64,000 bases of DNA, taken from NCBI RefSeq assembly GCF_009834535.1, contig NC_045696.1:8000001-8064000 (forward strand). The letters run 5' to 3'. The stretch comes from Camelus ferus. Taxonomy: Eukaryota. The notes under the pieces are model-generated. The model was not told the origin of the DNA. It searched no databases and saw only the letters and a program-made list of their open reading frames with translations. The stretch's first letter is position 1; every line of letters starts with the position of its first letter. Position numbers and translations under genes: made by a program. Positions 38,560-51,000 of this stretch are shown one piece after another.

Positions 38560-39007
38560 TGGAATATTACTCAGCCATAAAAAAGAATCAAATAATGCCT
38601 TCTGCAGCAACATGGATGGAACCAGAGATTATCATAATAAGGAAGTCAGACAAAGATAAATATCATGATATCACTTATATGTGGAATCTAAAATATGACA
38701 CAAATGAATTTACAAAATAGAAACACTCACAAATATAGAAAACAAATTTATGGTTGTCAAAGGAGAAAGGTGGAGAAGGGTAAATTAGGAGTTTGGGATT
38801 AGCAGATATTATCCTGCTGATAGGTCCTATGGTATATCCAGGTAATTGGTAATACACATGTCTCATTTTCCCTGTTAGACTATAAGCTCATAAAGGGCAG
38901 TATTCACCTACGATTCAATCTGTGTGCAGTTCAAAGACAAATATTATATGGGATATGCAAACAGGGCACTATATTCAATATCTTGTAATAACCCATAATG
39001 AAAAAGA

Positions 39008-39044
<37 letters not shown>

Positions 39045-42000
39045 AAAAACTCAATCACTGCTATATACCAGAAACTAACACAATATTGTAAATCAACTAT
39101 ACTAAAATTAAAAAAAAAAGAGAGACAGAATGTGAACTGAATGAACGAGATTGCTTCAATTCGTTATGTTAACTCCCAAGCTTAACATTGAGTATTTGTT
39201 AAATTAATTACAACCCAAGATAAGACACAGCTATAAAGTGGAAGGCTTAATTACCCGAGGAATTGTTTCAAGTTGCCTGATCCTGAATTTTTCTTTGTCT
39301 CTTAAAAAAAAAGGAAAGAAAAAAGAAACATATTTAAATTTATTGCATTATTATTTTTAATTGTTTTCCAAGGACATACTTGCCATTTCACAACTAAGTC
39401 ACTCAGATAATGTTAACTGACCTCTGCTTCAATTTCATTATAATCAGTGGTAAGCCCTAGGCAGGGGACTAATTCCCATCTCATCTCAGTTACATCCCTG
39501 ATGTCTGCCTCAAACTCTCCATACCCACCAGCATTATTCTCAGACTTTGAAGAAGGGTATCACACTTTCTAACTGGTTTCTTTACTTCTAATCCTGCTAC
39601 TGGATTTATCTTCAAAAACAGTGCACTGTAAATCAAAACCATATGGAGGATGGTTTTTGTGAACTCAGCCTTCCGTGTGCAGTATGCTGGCTTAATGTTC
39701 ACCATGGTTCACTATCATTACCCAGCTTTCTCTCTCTCACCTCTATCTTCCATTATGCACATCACATATTTACTTTAATTAAGCTGAACAAATCATTGTT
39801 TCCTACCCAATCCTACCCACCCTTCAAGGCCTATTACCAAATGTCCTTCATAAATTTTCCTTATCCATTTTTCCATCCCCAGCCAGAAATAATTTCTCCT
39901 TACAGGCTTCCTAACAGGACTGGACGGTGCCTTTTATGGTAGTCGTCAACTTCTAATTGGTAATACACGTCTCATTTTCCCTGTTAGACTATAAGCTCAT
40001 AAAGGGCTGTATTCACTTATGATTCATCTGTGTGCAGTTCAAAGACAAATATTATACTGGATATGCAAAATATCTTTCTTGCAGATAGGACAGCAATAAA
40101 GAGCAGGTGAAAAAACAGCAGGTTTCCACAGTATAAACTTAAAAAGCACTCAATGTGATGCACTCCACATCATAATCTTTTTTTGGAGGGGTCATAACCT
40201 TTTTTGGCTGTACTAAGTTTATTTTGGAGAAGCATCAACTAATGCTGCATACACATCACTGCTGAAGTTTGGGTATTATTCTCCCACCATACATTAATAC
40301 AACACTCACTTCTTTTTGTAGGTTTTCTCATAAGTGGGATGCACCAAATCTTCATCTTCAGGTTCTTCTGGAACATCACAACTTCTAATCAGAAAAATCA
40401 CATGGGAATAACACGTCACCAGCGCCTATTCATACATCCTGAATAGTACTTTCTGCCTTTCCCAAAAGGGTACTACCAACTATATGGTACCTGAACTGTG
40501 GGTCAGGGTTATTGGAGCAATACCATTTTTCCGGAAGTTGATCTATCCCATCTGGTAATTTTCGCCACTTTAGACAGGAATCACATTGAACCCATGTCTG
40601 ATCAGGACGTTTCCTGTAACAAAATAACAAATATTAGCATGGAAATAGGATCTAAGTACTTCATTAGACCTTCCATATCATTTCTACCACAAAGTGCCCC
40701 TTTTATTTAACTCTGTCCCTGAAAATTCCGTGACATAACTATTTATGTTGGTCAGTAAGTTAAGTTTTTAAAAACAATTCTGGTTACCTTCGAAGGTTAA
40801 AGGTGACAGACCAATTTAAACAAAGATACTTAAATATCTTGTTTAATAGCATACTGTTAAATTTGTTTCATAATAAAAACTCAAACCTAAGAAAATAATA
40901 CAAACGCCTTGCTCTGAAATTTATATTCAGTTAGCACCTGCAGTGTCAAATCTAATACATTTATTAACACAATAAACTAGTCAAGTACAGAAAACAGGCA
41001 AGTTGTATTACAATTTAAGCAATTTTTATAATTGCATGACATTTTAACTCTATGATAGCATCTCTCTGAATAACCCAAATTTGTACATTCTTTTAGTTTA
41101 TAAAAGGCTTTCATATGTTTATCATTTGAAAATTACAATGATCCTGAAAAGAATTTATGTAGACTCATTTAACGACTTCATCTTAATACCAATAATTTTA
41201 ACTCTAGTTTAAAAAAAATGCATTTACACATTTTATTAAAAAAAAACAAACAATCCAGAAATTTGTAAAGTAAACATAAACTTGTTTCAGGAGGTTACTA
41301 CTGTTACTTTTTTTAATCCTGGCAGGCTTTTTCTATGCTTATAGAATTATGCATGTGTATACGGACACTTTAAAAAAAAACAGGAAATTAATACACTGAG
41401 TTGCATCCTTTTTGTTTTTCATTACGTATCTTGGACATCTTTCCATAGGCACCCTGAGTTGTTATCATTTCAGAGGACTGTTACTACATACTATATACTT
41501 TACTGAGTGCTTATCTTTAATTCTTACAAGTTGAGGAGGTAAGTGCTATTACTGTTTCCATTTTACAAATGATAAAATGGAAGCTTACAAGAGGTCAAGT
41601 AACATGTTCAATGTCACACAGCCACTTAAGCAGCAGAACTAGAATTTAAACTTAAATCTGGCTTTAGACTCTTGATCCTATCTCCAGAATTTTCAAACTA
41701 TAAGATGCAACCCATCAGTGGATCATGAAATCAGTTTAATGGGTAAAGACCAGCATTTTTTTCAAATATGGGTAAATGCTGTTTCATGACTTTTGTGTAT
41801 ATGTGTAAATGTATATATTCATTCGTTCATTTTACAGTGTGCTGATTCGAGCCGTAGGATTTATTTCTATGGGTTAGATTAAAAAGTTTACGCACCCTAC
41901 GCAAGAAGTGGTATAGATCAGTGGTAGAGTGCATGCTTAGCATGCACAAGGTCCTGGGTTCAATCCCCAGTACCTCCATTAAAAAAAGTTTACACAGTAC

Positions 42001-45000
42001 AATCACCACCAATATCACATCTTGACATTACAGTCAGTTATTTTTAAATGTACTTACTGTATATCTTCAACAGGCAAATTTAGAGGATATTCTGCATTTT
42101 TCTTCACTTTCATTTCATTCCAGTAATCATTGAGCTTATCTCCTAGTGCTGTTATTGTAAGCCTTAAAAAAAATTATAAAATCAATTTAAGGAAAAAAAT
42201 AATAAAAATAAAATCTTCACCAAACACAGAGAAAACATAACCTAGTAATGATCACATGAACACAACGGGGAGCGCCAAAAGGTACAGTTAATTAAGAAAC
42301 TCAAAATAATGGCAATTTTCTATAAGGACCTTTATAAGTTCATATAACAGAGCCAGGATCATCTAGGAAACAAGACACCAAATACTAATAGTTTGGGTTC
42401 TCTGTTGAGAAACAATGTTGCAGATCTATTACAAGGAGAACCACAGGCTTTCTGGTTCCAACCAACCAACTTATGAGCTTCAATACAAATTACAACTCAG
42501 CTGTTTGGTTTATAAAAGTACACCATCATTACCAGAAAGTGTACTTCAAAATAGCTTCTGTCCCACAATTAAGACTTTCACATTGCTACAATAATGTCAG
42601 TTAAAAAAAAAAAAAAAAGGCAAATCAACAGTACCTATTGAGATAAATATGACTAGGGCCACAACCAAATAAGCACTTGTTAATGAGTTAAGCACCTACT
42701 GTGCGCACACACAAGATACAGTGTAACATTTTAAATTTAAAATACAGCTTTTAAAAATCAAGACTTCAAATTTTGTACTGACAGATTAATATTAGACATA
42801 TCTATCCCCACTCACTGTCCCTATTTTTCCCCACCAGGAAGCCCCATTATCACTATAACACATAAACATCCAAATAAGAACACTTCATTCTCCCTCCCAA
42901 ACATGCTTCTCCTATCACTTTTTCAATTCTTCCTCATCACCTCTGTTCTTCAATCCATGAGACTGCACCCATCCTGTGGAAAATATACCCAGGAGTGGAA
43001 CTGAAGGGTCACAGGGGTGGACACTGATGTTCAGCTTTACTCAATAGTCTCATGGTTTTCAAAAATGATCAACAATTTTCACCCCCATCAACAATGTACA
43101 GGAGCTCCCACTGCTGTACATCTTACCAAACTAAAGTACTCTGGTTTTCACTTCATTTTTGCCTTTCTCTTTTAGGTCTGAAACCCATTTGGGATTTTTT
43201 GCTTCATGTGAGAGGTAGACGTTGAAAAGTTCACTTTATCTATACAGGGAACTGACCCAGCATTTTTAGAAAGATGATCATTTTCCCACTACACTATAAT
43301 AAAACCTTTCATAAATCAGCTGACTATATGTATAAAAAGTGGAGATTTAGGTTTCTCTATTCTGTTTCTCTAGACTATATTTTCATTAATACCACACTTT
43401 ATTAGTCACTATAGCTTTTTAAATTGAAATATAGTTGATTTATAATGTTTCAGGTGTACAGCAAAGTGATTCAGGTATACATATACATATATATATATAT
43501 AACTACAGCTATTTAAGTGTTGATATTTAGTAGCATAGATCCTCTAGATTTGTTGTTCTTTAATTATTGTCTTAACTATCTTTGGTCTTCTTACTTTGCA
43601 CATAAAGTTTAAAATAAGCCTATTAATAGTGACACCCATTCACACCTGCTGGAATTTTTTTTTAACTGGAATTGTATTTAGCTATTTAGGAGAAAAACTG
43701 ACATTTTATAATATTCAGCTTACCAACTCCTCATGAACTCAGTATACCTATTTATTTAGATTTGAAATTTTACTCCACAATGTTGCATCGTTTTCAGTAT
43801 ATTGAGGTCTTTGCATATTCTATTTACTCCAAAGCACTTGATTTTTTTGATGTTATTACGTACGAATTTTTAAAAATCTCATGTTCTGTTCTGTTGTTGC
43901 TGCTGGTAAACGGAAATACAACTGATTTCTGAATACTTCTCACCCAGCAACCTTAGAATCTGTATTACTCTGCAGATTATTTTGGACTTTCTATATACTT
44001 GATACTGTCATCTACAGAAAACAATTTATTCCTTTCCAATCCTTAGAACTTTTTTGGGGGGGGCTTATCTGTACTGGTTATTTCCTTAAGAACAATGGTG
44101 ACTAAATAGCTAATATCCTTATCTCATTCTCATTCTCATTCTTAAGAGGAAAGCCATCAACAATTCACCATCAGGAACTGGTGTTTTTTCGTAAATACTT
44201 TGAATTGCTAACATGTCCTTCTGCTATTGGTTTTGAAAGAGTTCCTTTTTTTTCCCCCCAAATCACAAATGGGTATTGTGGTTTATCAAGTGTTTTTGCT
44301 GTACCTATGAAAACAACCATGAGATTTTTCTTCTTTAACATCAGTGTGATGAATTACATTGATTTCCGAATATTAAAAACCACTCACGCCACCCTGGAAT
44401 ACAATCCACTTAGTTTTAACATATTATCCTTTTTGCATGTCACTGGATGGTATCTGCTATTCAATTAAGATTTTATATCTTGATCATGAGAGACATTGAC
44501 ATAAATTTTCTTTCTTGTAATGCATTCATGAGTTCACTACCAAAGTTATACGGTCTCTTAAAACCTTGAATGACTGGGTAAGACTAGTGCCACCACTTCC
44601 TTAAATGTCTGAATTTAATATGAATTAAAAATGTGATTCAATTTCAAAGAAATATTATCCATATCTTAAATGGTAAAGAAACATATTCACGCTATCCCTT
44701 TGATGTTTTTCTGTCTGTAGATCTGTAGTAATGTCCTCCTTTTCATTACTGATATGATTACTGCTTTTCTCCTTTTTTTCCTTAGTCTCCCCAGATGCTT
44801 ACAGACTTCATTGATCTTATCAAAGAACAAACTTTGGGCTTTTCGACTGTGTCAATTATTGATTTACTGTCTTCAGGTTCAAATTCACTCTTCTTTGTGA
44901 TAGTGGAGCTTAATCCTGTCAAAATTTATCCTTTGCCAGCCTGAGGAAAGTTACACTGGGTCAACAGGGAAAGGAACCTACCAGGGGAGAGCAGCACGAC

Positions 45001-48000
45001 ACGGGCCCTTCAGGTCTGGTACTCCATTTTTATCTGGCCAGAGCCCATGGCCTCCCAGAGGAACTCCAGCTGTGCTCAGTCCACGCTTTTCCCTCCCATG
45101 GTCTGCTGCTGGCTCCAGCAGCCCAGGACCTCTAGCAACAGAAACTAGTTCCAACATACTCACACCCTTGGGCAAAGTCAGGTCTCCTCTGCAGAACAGC
45201 TCCAGCCCAAGTCAGCCGACTCCCTGGCCAAAGGCAGGCCCCATCTACAGACCCAAACTGGACAGGCCTCCTGGCAAGTTTCTTGCCACAACAGGTAGCC
45301 TGTTCCTGCGCTGGTCATGACCTCTACAAAGAGAGCTGAATTTCCGACTTTGGGGACCAGGGGCCCTCTCCCAGGTCCTTTATTGTCTACTCTTTTCAAC
45401 CTAGAGGTAACAGCTGCTCTTTTCTGTCTGCTAGTTCTGGGTATCTACTGTCCTCTTCTACCTTTTTCAGTAATCACCTCCTACTATCCTGGTTAACAAT
45501 TCCTTGTATTTACTCTGTTGAAATAACGGGTAGCTTCTGTCTCAGGACTGTACTCTGAATGACATATTTATTGATTTTTCTCTATTGTGTTTCCTAACTT
45601 GCTGATTTTGCTCTTACCTTTATCATTTCCCTCCTTCCACTTTAATTGTTCTTTACTTGAAGAGCCTATAGCATTTATCTTTGTCTTTACCACAAATATT
45701 TATATGAAGTTTGCACTCTATTTCACAATATGTACTCATAAGGACAACGGTTTGTCCTTCCTAAATTTACAGGTAAAACTGATAATCATATTTATTTTAT
45801 GGCTTCTGACCACTCTTAAAAGATATGAGTATTTCTGTCTAAAGAACATAGGATTAAATTATCTTCAAGTTCCCATCTAAGATCAAAGTTTCTGGATATC
45901 ACACAAAAAAATGTTGCTACCAAAAAAGCAGAAACTTCCTCTATTTTCTACAAATCTCAGAAATACTTCATCAATAAAGACAGAAGAGAATGTACTTCTA
46001 TTTGTGATGGAGTAGAATATAATCCCTAGGTTGGAAGAAGATGACTAAATGTGTTTTCTATGCAAGCTCCCTTAAAATAGAAAGAAATTCAGCTTAGAAA
46101 AAGTTATGAAAGTATTTCCAAAATAAATTATAAAAACTCAATAATTTAAATAGGTAACATACCTGTATTCATTCGTATAATCAAAATCTTGTTTATTGTG
46201 AGTTGGCTTTAGGAAATAACAGTCTATAATTCCCACTACTCCAACACCCATGTTGTTTGCCTGAAAAATAAAATGAAACTGGCATTTTAAACGTAAGGCA
46301 TGATGCTCAAAACAATGACCCCTTCACAAAGATTTAAGATCTGCACAAAACATTTTCCTATATTCTATCTCATGATTCTCATGGCATTTAGAAAAGCAGT
46401 GTCTGGTAGGTAATTTACTTTTCTGGGAGGTAATTCCTAAATACGTAAAAGTCTTCCTCCAAAACCACTTCCACTGTTGTTAGGTATTCATTCAAGACAG
46501 TTATTATCATTCCCAATTCTGTACAAGAGAAAAAGAACCACCTCTACTGGGATGCAAGTTCTTAGACAGTGGAAACCACAACTAACTCTTCCCAACATCC
46601 ACAGTGTAGCAGAAGCTTTGGCACATAATATTTCACAAGTTTGCTAGATAAAAATTAAAGTCATCAAAGTCATCAGAGGGAGGGTATCACTCAGTGGGTA
46701 GAGTGAACACTTAGCATGCAGGAGGTCTTAGGTTCAAACCCCAGAACCTCTATTAAATAAATAAATAAACCTAATTATCTCCCCCCAAAAATTAAAAATA
46801 AAAACAAAATAAAAAACAAACAAAAGAAATTCTTTAAAAAAATTAAAGTTGTCTATCCGAAGTTATACATACAGTTGCAAATTGTGATAAAATAAAAACC
46901 TAGGTCGGCTGAATTAATTTTTAAAATCTGTTAGCTAAAACATTGAACTCAAAGTACATAGTCATATTCTGATTATCTACATGTGATTAACATGTATTTT
47001 GTTCACAACTGTAACTGAACTGATATACAAAGAGAAAAAATGAAATGAAAATTTTCACAGCTACACCTACAGAAAAAAACACAAACCTAATCATAATGCT
47101 ACTCTACTAAAAACTATCAGTGGTTCTTCATTTCATACAATTTGGAAGCCACATATGCACCCCAATGTTCACAGCAGTACTATTTACAATAGCCAAGACA
47201 CGGAAGCAACCTAAATGTCTATCAACACATGAATGGATAAATGTGTGGGGGTGTACATACACACAAACGGATTATTACTCAGCCATTAAAAGGAATGAAA
47301 TAATGCCATTTGCAGCAACATGGATAGACCTAGAGATGATCATACTAAATGAAGTAAGTCAGACAGAGAAAGACAAATATTATAGGGTATCACTTATACG
47401 TGGCATCTAAAAAAATGACACAAATGAACTTCTTGGGTTGGAAAAATCAATATTTACAAAACAGAAATAGACTCACAGACATAGAAAACAAACTTATAGT
47501 TACCAATGGAGATGGGGGAAGAGATAAATTAGGAGTTGGGGTTAACAAATATACACTACTACATACAAAATAAACAACAAGGTCCTACGGAATAGCACAA
47601 GGAATTGTATTTAATATCTTGTAATCACCTATAATGGAAAAGAATCTCAAAAAGAACAGATTATATATATATGTATAACTGAAACATTTGCTGTACACCA
47701 GAAACTAACAACATTGTAAATTAAGCACACAATTAAAAAAGGAAAAAAGTTGGCTATAACAAAGTCAAATTTAAACTAGAAATTATCTATAACGCAAATT
47801 TAACTGGGTTGGAAAAATGAGCGATGTATCTTACTGAAGTCAAATTCATTAAAAAAATTTCATATTCTATAGCAGACACACTGTTTCTTTTGAATCTCAA
47901 AGCATTGAAAAAATAAGGTCTATTAGCAAAAATGCATTTCCAATGACCAGTGAAATTCAGAACTTTAATTATAGAGTATTTCTGGCAAAATTTACTAGTC

Positions 48001-51000
48001 CAATTACAAATGAAAATTAGAACTTTAAATAAAAGTTACTGATAGCTCATATCATGGGTGTCAGATTTCTGGCTTTATTTTTTGATTGAAATTAGCAACT
48101 AAAAAGAAAAGCCCAAAGCTCATTTACTATTTTTCTTTAATTGAAGTACAGTTGATTTATAATATTATATTAGTTTCAGGTATGCAACACAGTGATTCAA
48201 TATTTTTATGGACTGTACTCCATCTAATGTTATTAAAAAATATTATAAAATATAAAATCCCTGTGCTGTACAATATATCCTTATTGTTTATTAATTTTAC
48301 ACATAGTAGTTTGTACCTCTTAATCCCCTACCCCTATTCCTCAACCAAACCTCATCCCCACTGGTAACCACTAGTTTGTTCTCCTTATCTGTGAGTCTAT
48401 TTCTATTTTGTTATATTCATTTACTTGTTTTATTTCAGATTACATATATATATAACAAAAAGTATCTGTCTTTTTCTGTCTGACATAATTCACTGAGCAT
48501 AATACCCTCCAGGTCCATCTGTGTTAATCGCAAATGGCAAAATTTCATTCTTTTTTATGACTAAGTAATATTCCACCATGTGTGTGTATGTGTGTGTGTA
48601 CATACCCACACTGTTATCCATTCATCTGCTGATGGACACTTAGGCTGCTTCCATATTTTGGCCATTGTAAATAATGCTGCTATGAACATTGGGATACTGT
48701 TTTTATTTTCTTTGGATATATACACCCAGAAGTGGAACTGCTGGATCATATGGGAGTTCTATTTATTTACTCTTGTAAGAATGCTATATATTCTGGGCTC
48801 ATAACACATAAAATGTGTAAGAGTTATAACCCCTGTTGAATAATATTCAAGATACACCCACACTATTATACTGTGTAGAGCACTTATCGTTCTACAAAAA
48901 ATTTAGAATGAAATAAAATGAATAGAAAATGAAAATCATAGAATTGGAAAACAAAATATGTCTAGACTTAAAACTTTTAACAAAGATCAATTCCAGAATT
49001 TATCACTAAATTCTTAACACACACATACCAAAAAAAAAACCTTTCTGTGTAAAGGATAAACTGATACAGTGGGCAATGTTCGTCATCCTAAACTGAATCC
49101 CACAATAACGGGAGTGGTTTAGAATGAACACTCTAACATATTCAGAACTAACCCAGGAAAGCAAATCACCTATCTGGTATTATTTCTTAGGCTACTGAGT
49201 CAACACTACTTAAAACGAACCAATTTCATTCCAGCACGAAATAATCAAGGATCCTTATTTAAACGTAGTGAAAAGATGTGCACCTGTGCCTGAGATCCAC
49301 ACTCATTGCTAGGTCTGGAGCAAGTTACCAAACTTATTAGCCCTAATTTCCTCATTTGTAAAACAGAGATAAAATATTCTGACCTCCTCATCAGATTATT
49401 CAAGACCAAATGAAAAATTAGTATAAAAGTATTTTAAGTTCAGGTTCCATACCAATGTTATTAAAAACACTGACATTTAAACACATTTTGCCCAGTAACA
49501 TGTTATCCTAACTTTTATAAAAGCTACAGACATTTTCAAGATATAAAGCTTACCCTTAATTGACATCCAACTTTTTCATAAGCTTTGATGAGCCTATTTC
49601 TGTGATACATCATTATCCCATAATGATCTTTATTTCTGCAGTTGAATCCAAAAGTAATTCTCACTGTTTTATTAGTCTTAAATGTTAAGGAAAATTCTGA
49701 ACACACCACCTCACTCCCTTCAAATCACTCTATTTCATTATTTGAGTCCAAAGCTGCATTAAAAAAGGGCAAAGGTAGAAAGGATTAGATTCTATATCAG
49801 GATAAAAGGAGAAAGGGGGAAGGGAAATATACTTGATTGACATCTATTTCTATATAGCATCATAAAAAGGATACTAAAAATTTGGGTCGATAAATATCAC
49901 GTTCAATGTAGGCAAGACTCTTCGAAACTAGCTGGGTCTTCACTTTCTGTCCACGTAAGATGATCTGCATTCTTGGCTTTAGATATAATATACTGCAGTA
50001 AGCCTGCAAAGACACACAACAATATCTGTCCTTTCCAAATAATTATCTGTGGATTTGTTCAACATACACATGTATTTGAAAAGAAAGCTACAACCTTGCT
50101 TGGATAAAGGACCAATTAACTAGACAATAAAATACTATAAAGGTGTATTAGTTAATATCTGAATAGTTTTTATTAAAAATAAACTCAATCTACCAGAGCC
50201 AGTAAAAATGATTTGCAGAAAACAATCTACTGACCTACATAGATGTTATGTTAAGTGAAAAAAACTTACAAAACAAGCATGTATGGTATGATCTCATTTT
50301 AATTTTAAAAAAATGTTTCTGTGTATAATAAAAAGTACTATATTTTGACTCTTCTGTCAATACATATACTGCTATTACAATTTTAAAAGCATCAATAAAT
50401 TTTATTTGGGGAAAAATAAGCAAAATCTAATATGAACATAAGGGACTATTATAAGCTTCCAAAGGAAAAAAAATCATAAATAATGCACCAACATTTAAGC
50501 AGAACAGCACTTTTTCAAAGCTGAGCTGTAACAATCAGCAGTCATCTAAATGTGTTTTTAATTCTTAATGAATGAAGGTTTAGATACTTTAGAATCTTGA
50601 CCAAACTCTGCATCCTAAAACATGTTAAAATATGCTCTTCTGTGCCTGCCTCCAAGCTATCAGAAGTCTCTGAAGGAGATGAATTGAGTAACTCAATAAG
50701 GATAGACAGAAATTTCAACACAAAAAAAAATTTGTACATATCTCTTACTTTTCTTCCCCCCTAACTTCTGATTTCAAAATTAGTGGTTCTGTCATTTACA
50801 AAATTCATTAATGATATTTCAAAACATTTTATGTCATGCTATACTAAAACTACACCATCTGCTCTAGACGCCTCTGGATATTCTTGAGCAAGATTTCCTT
50901 AACAACTAGGACATACTTCACCAACAAACGGGGGTATATAATGGAATAGTAATACCTGCCACTTAATTGCTAGCATCTCAGAAGAAGTTACTTAGGAAAC

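Noticed and set aside
49780..49807. Extra ATCCT motifs in intron 7 as a possible tandem U11-binding enhancer (USSE-like)
   Set aside because: They lack the full RTATCCTT consensus and the tight tandem spacing.
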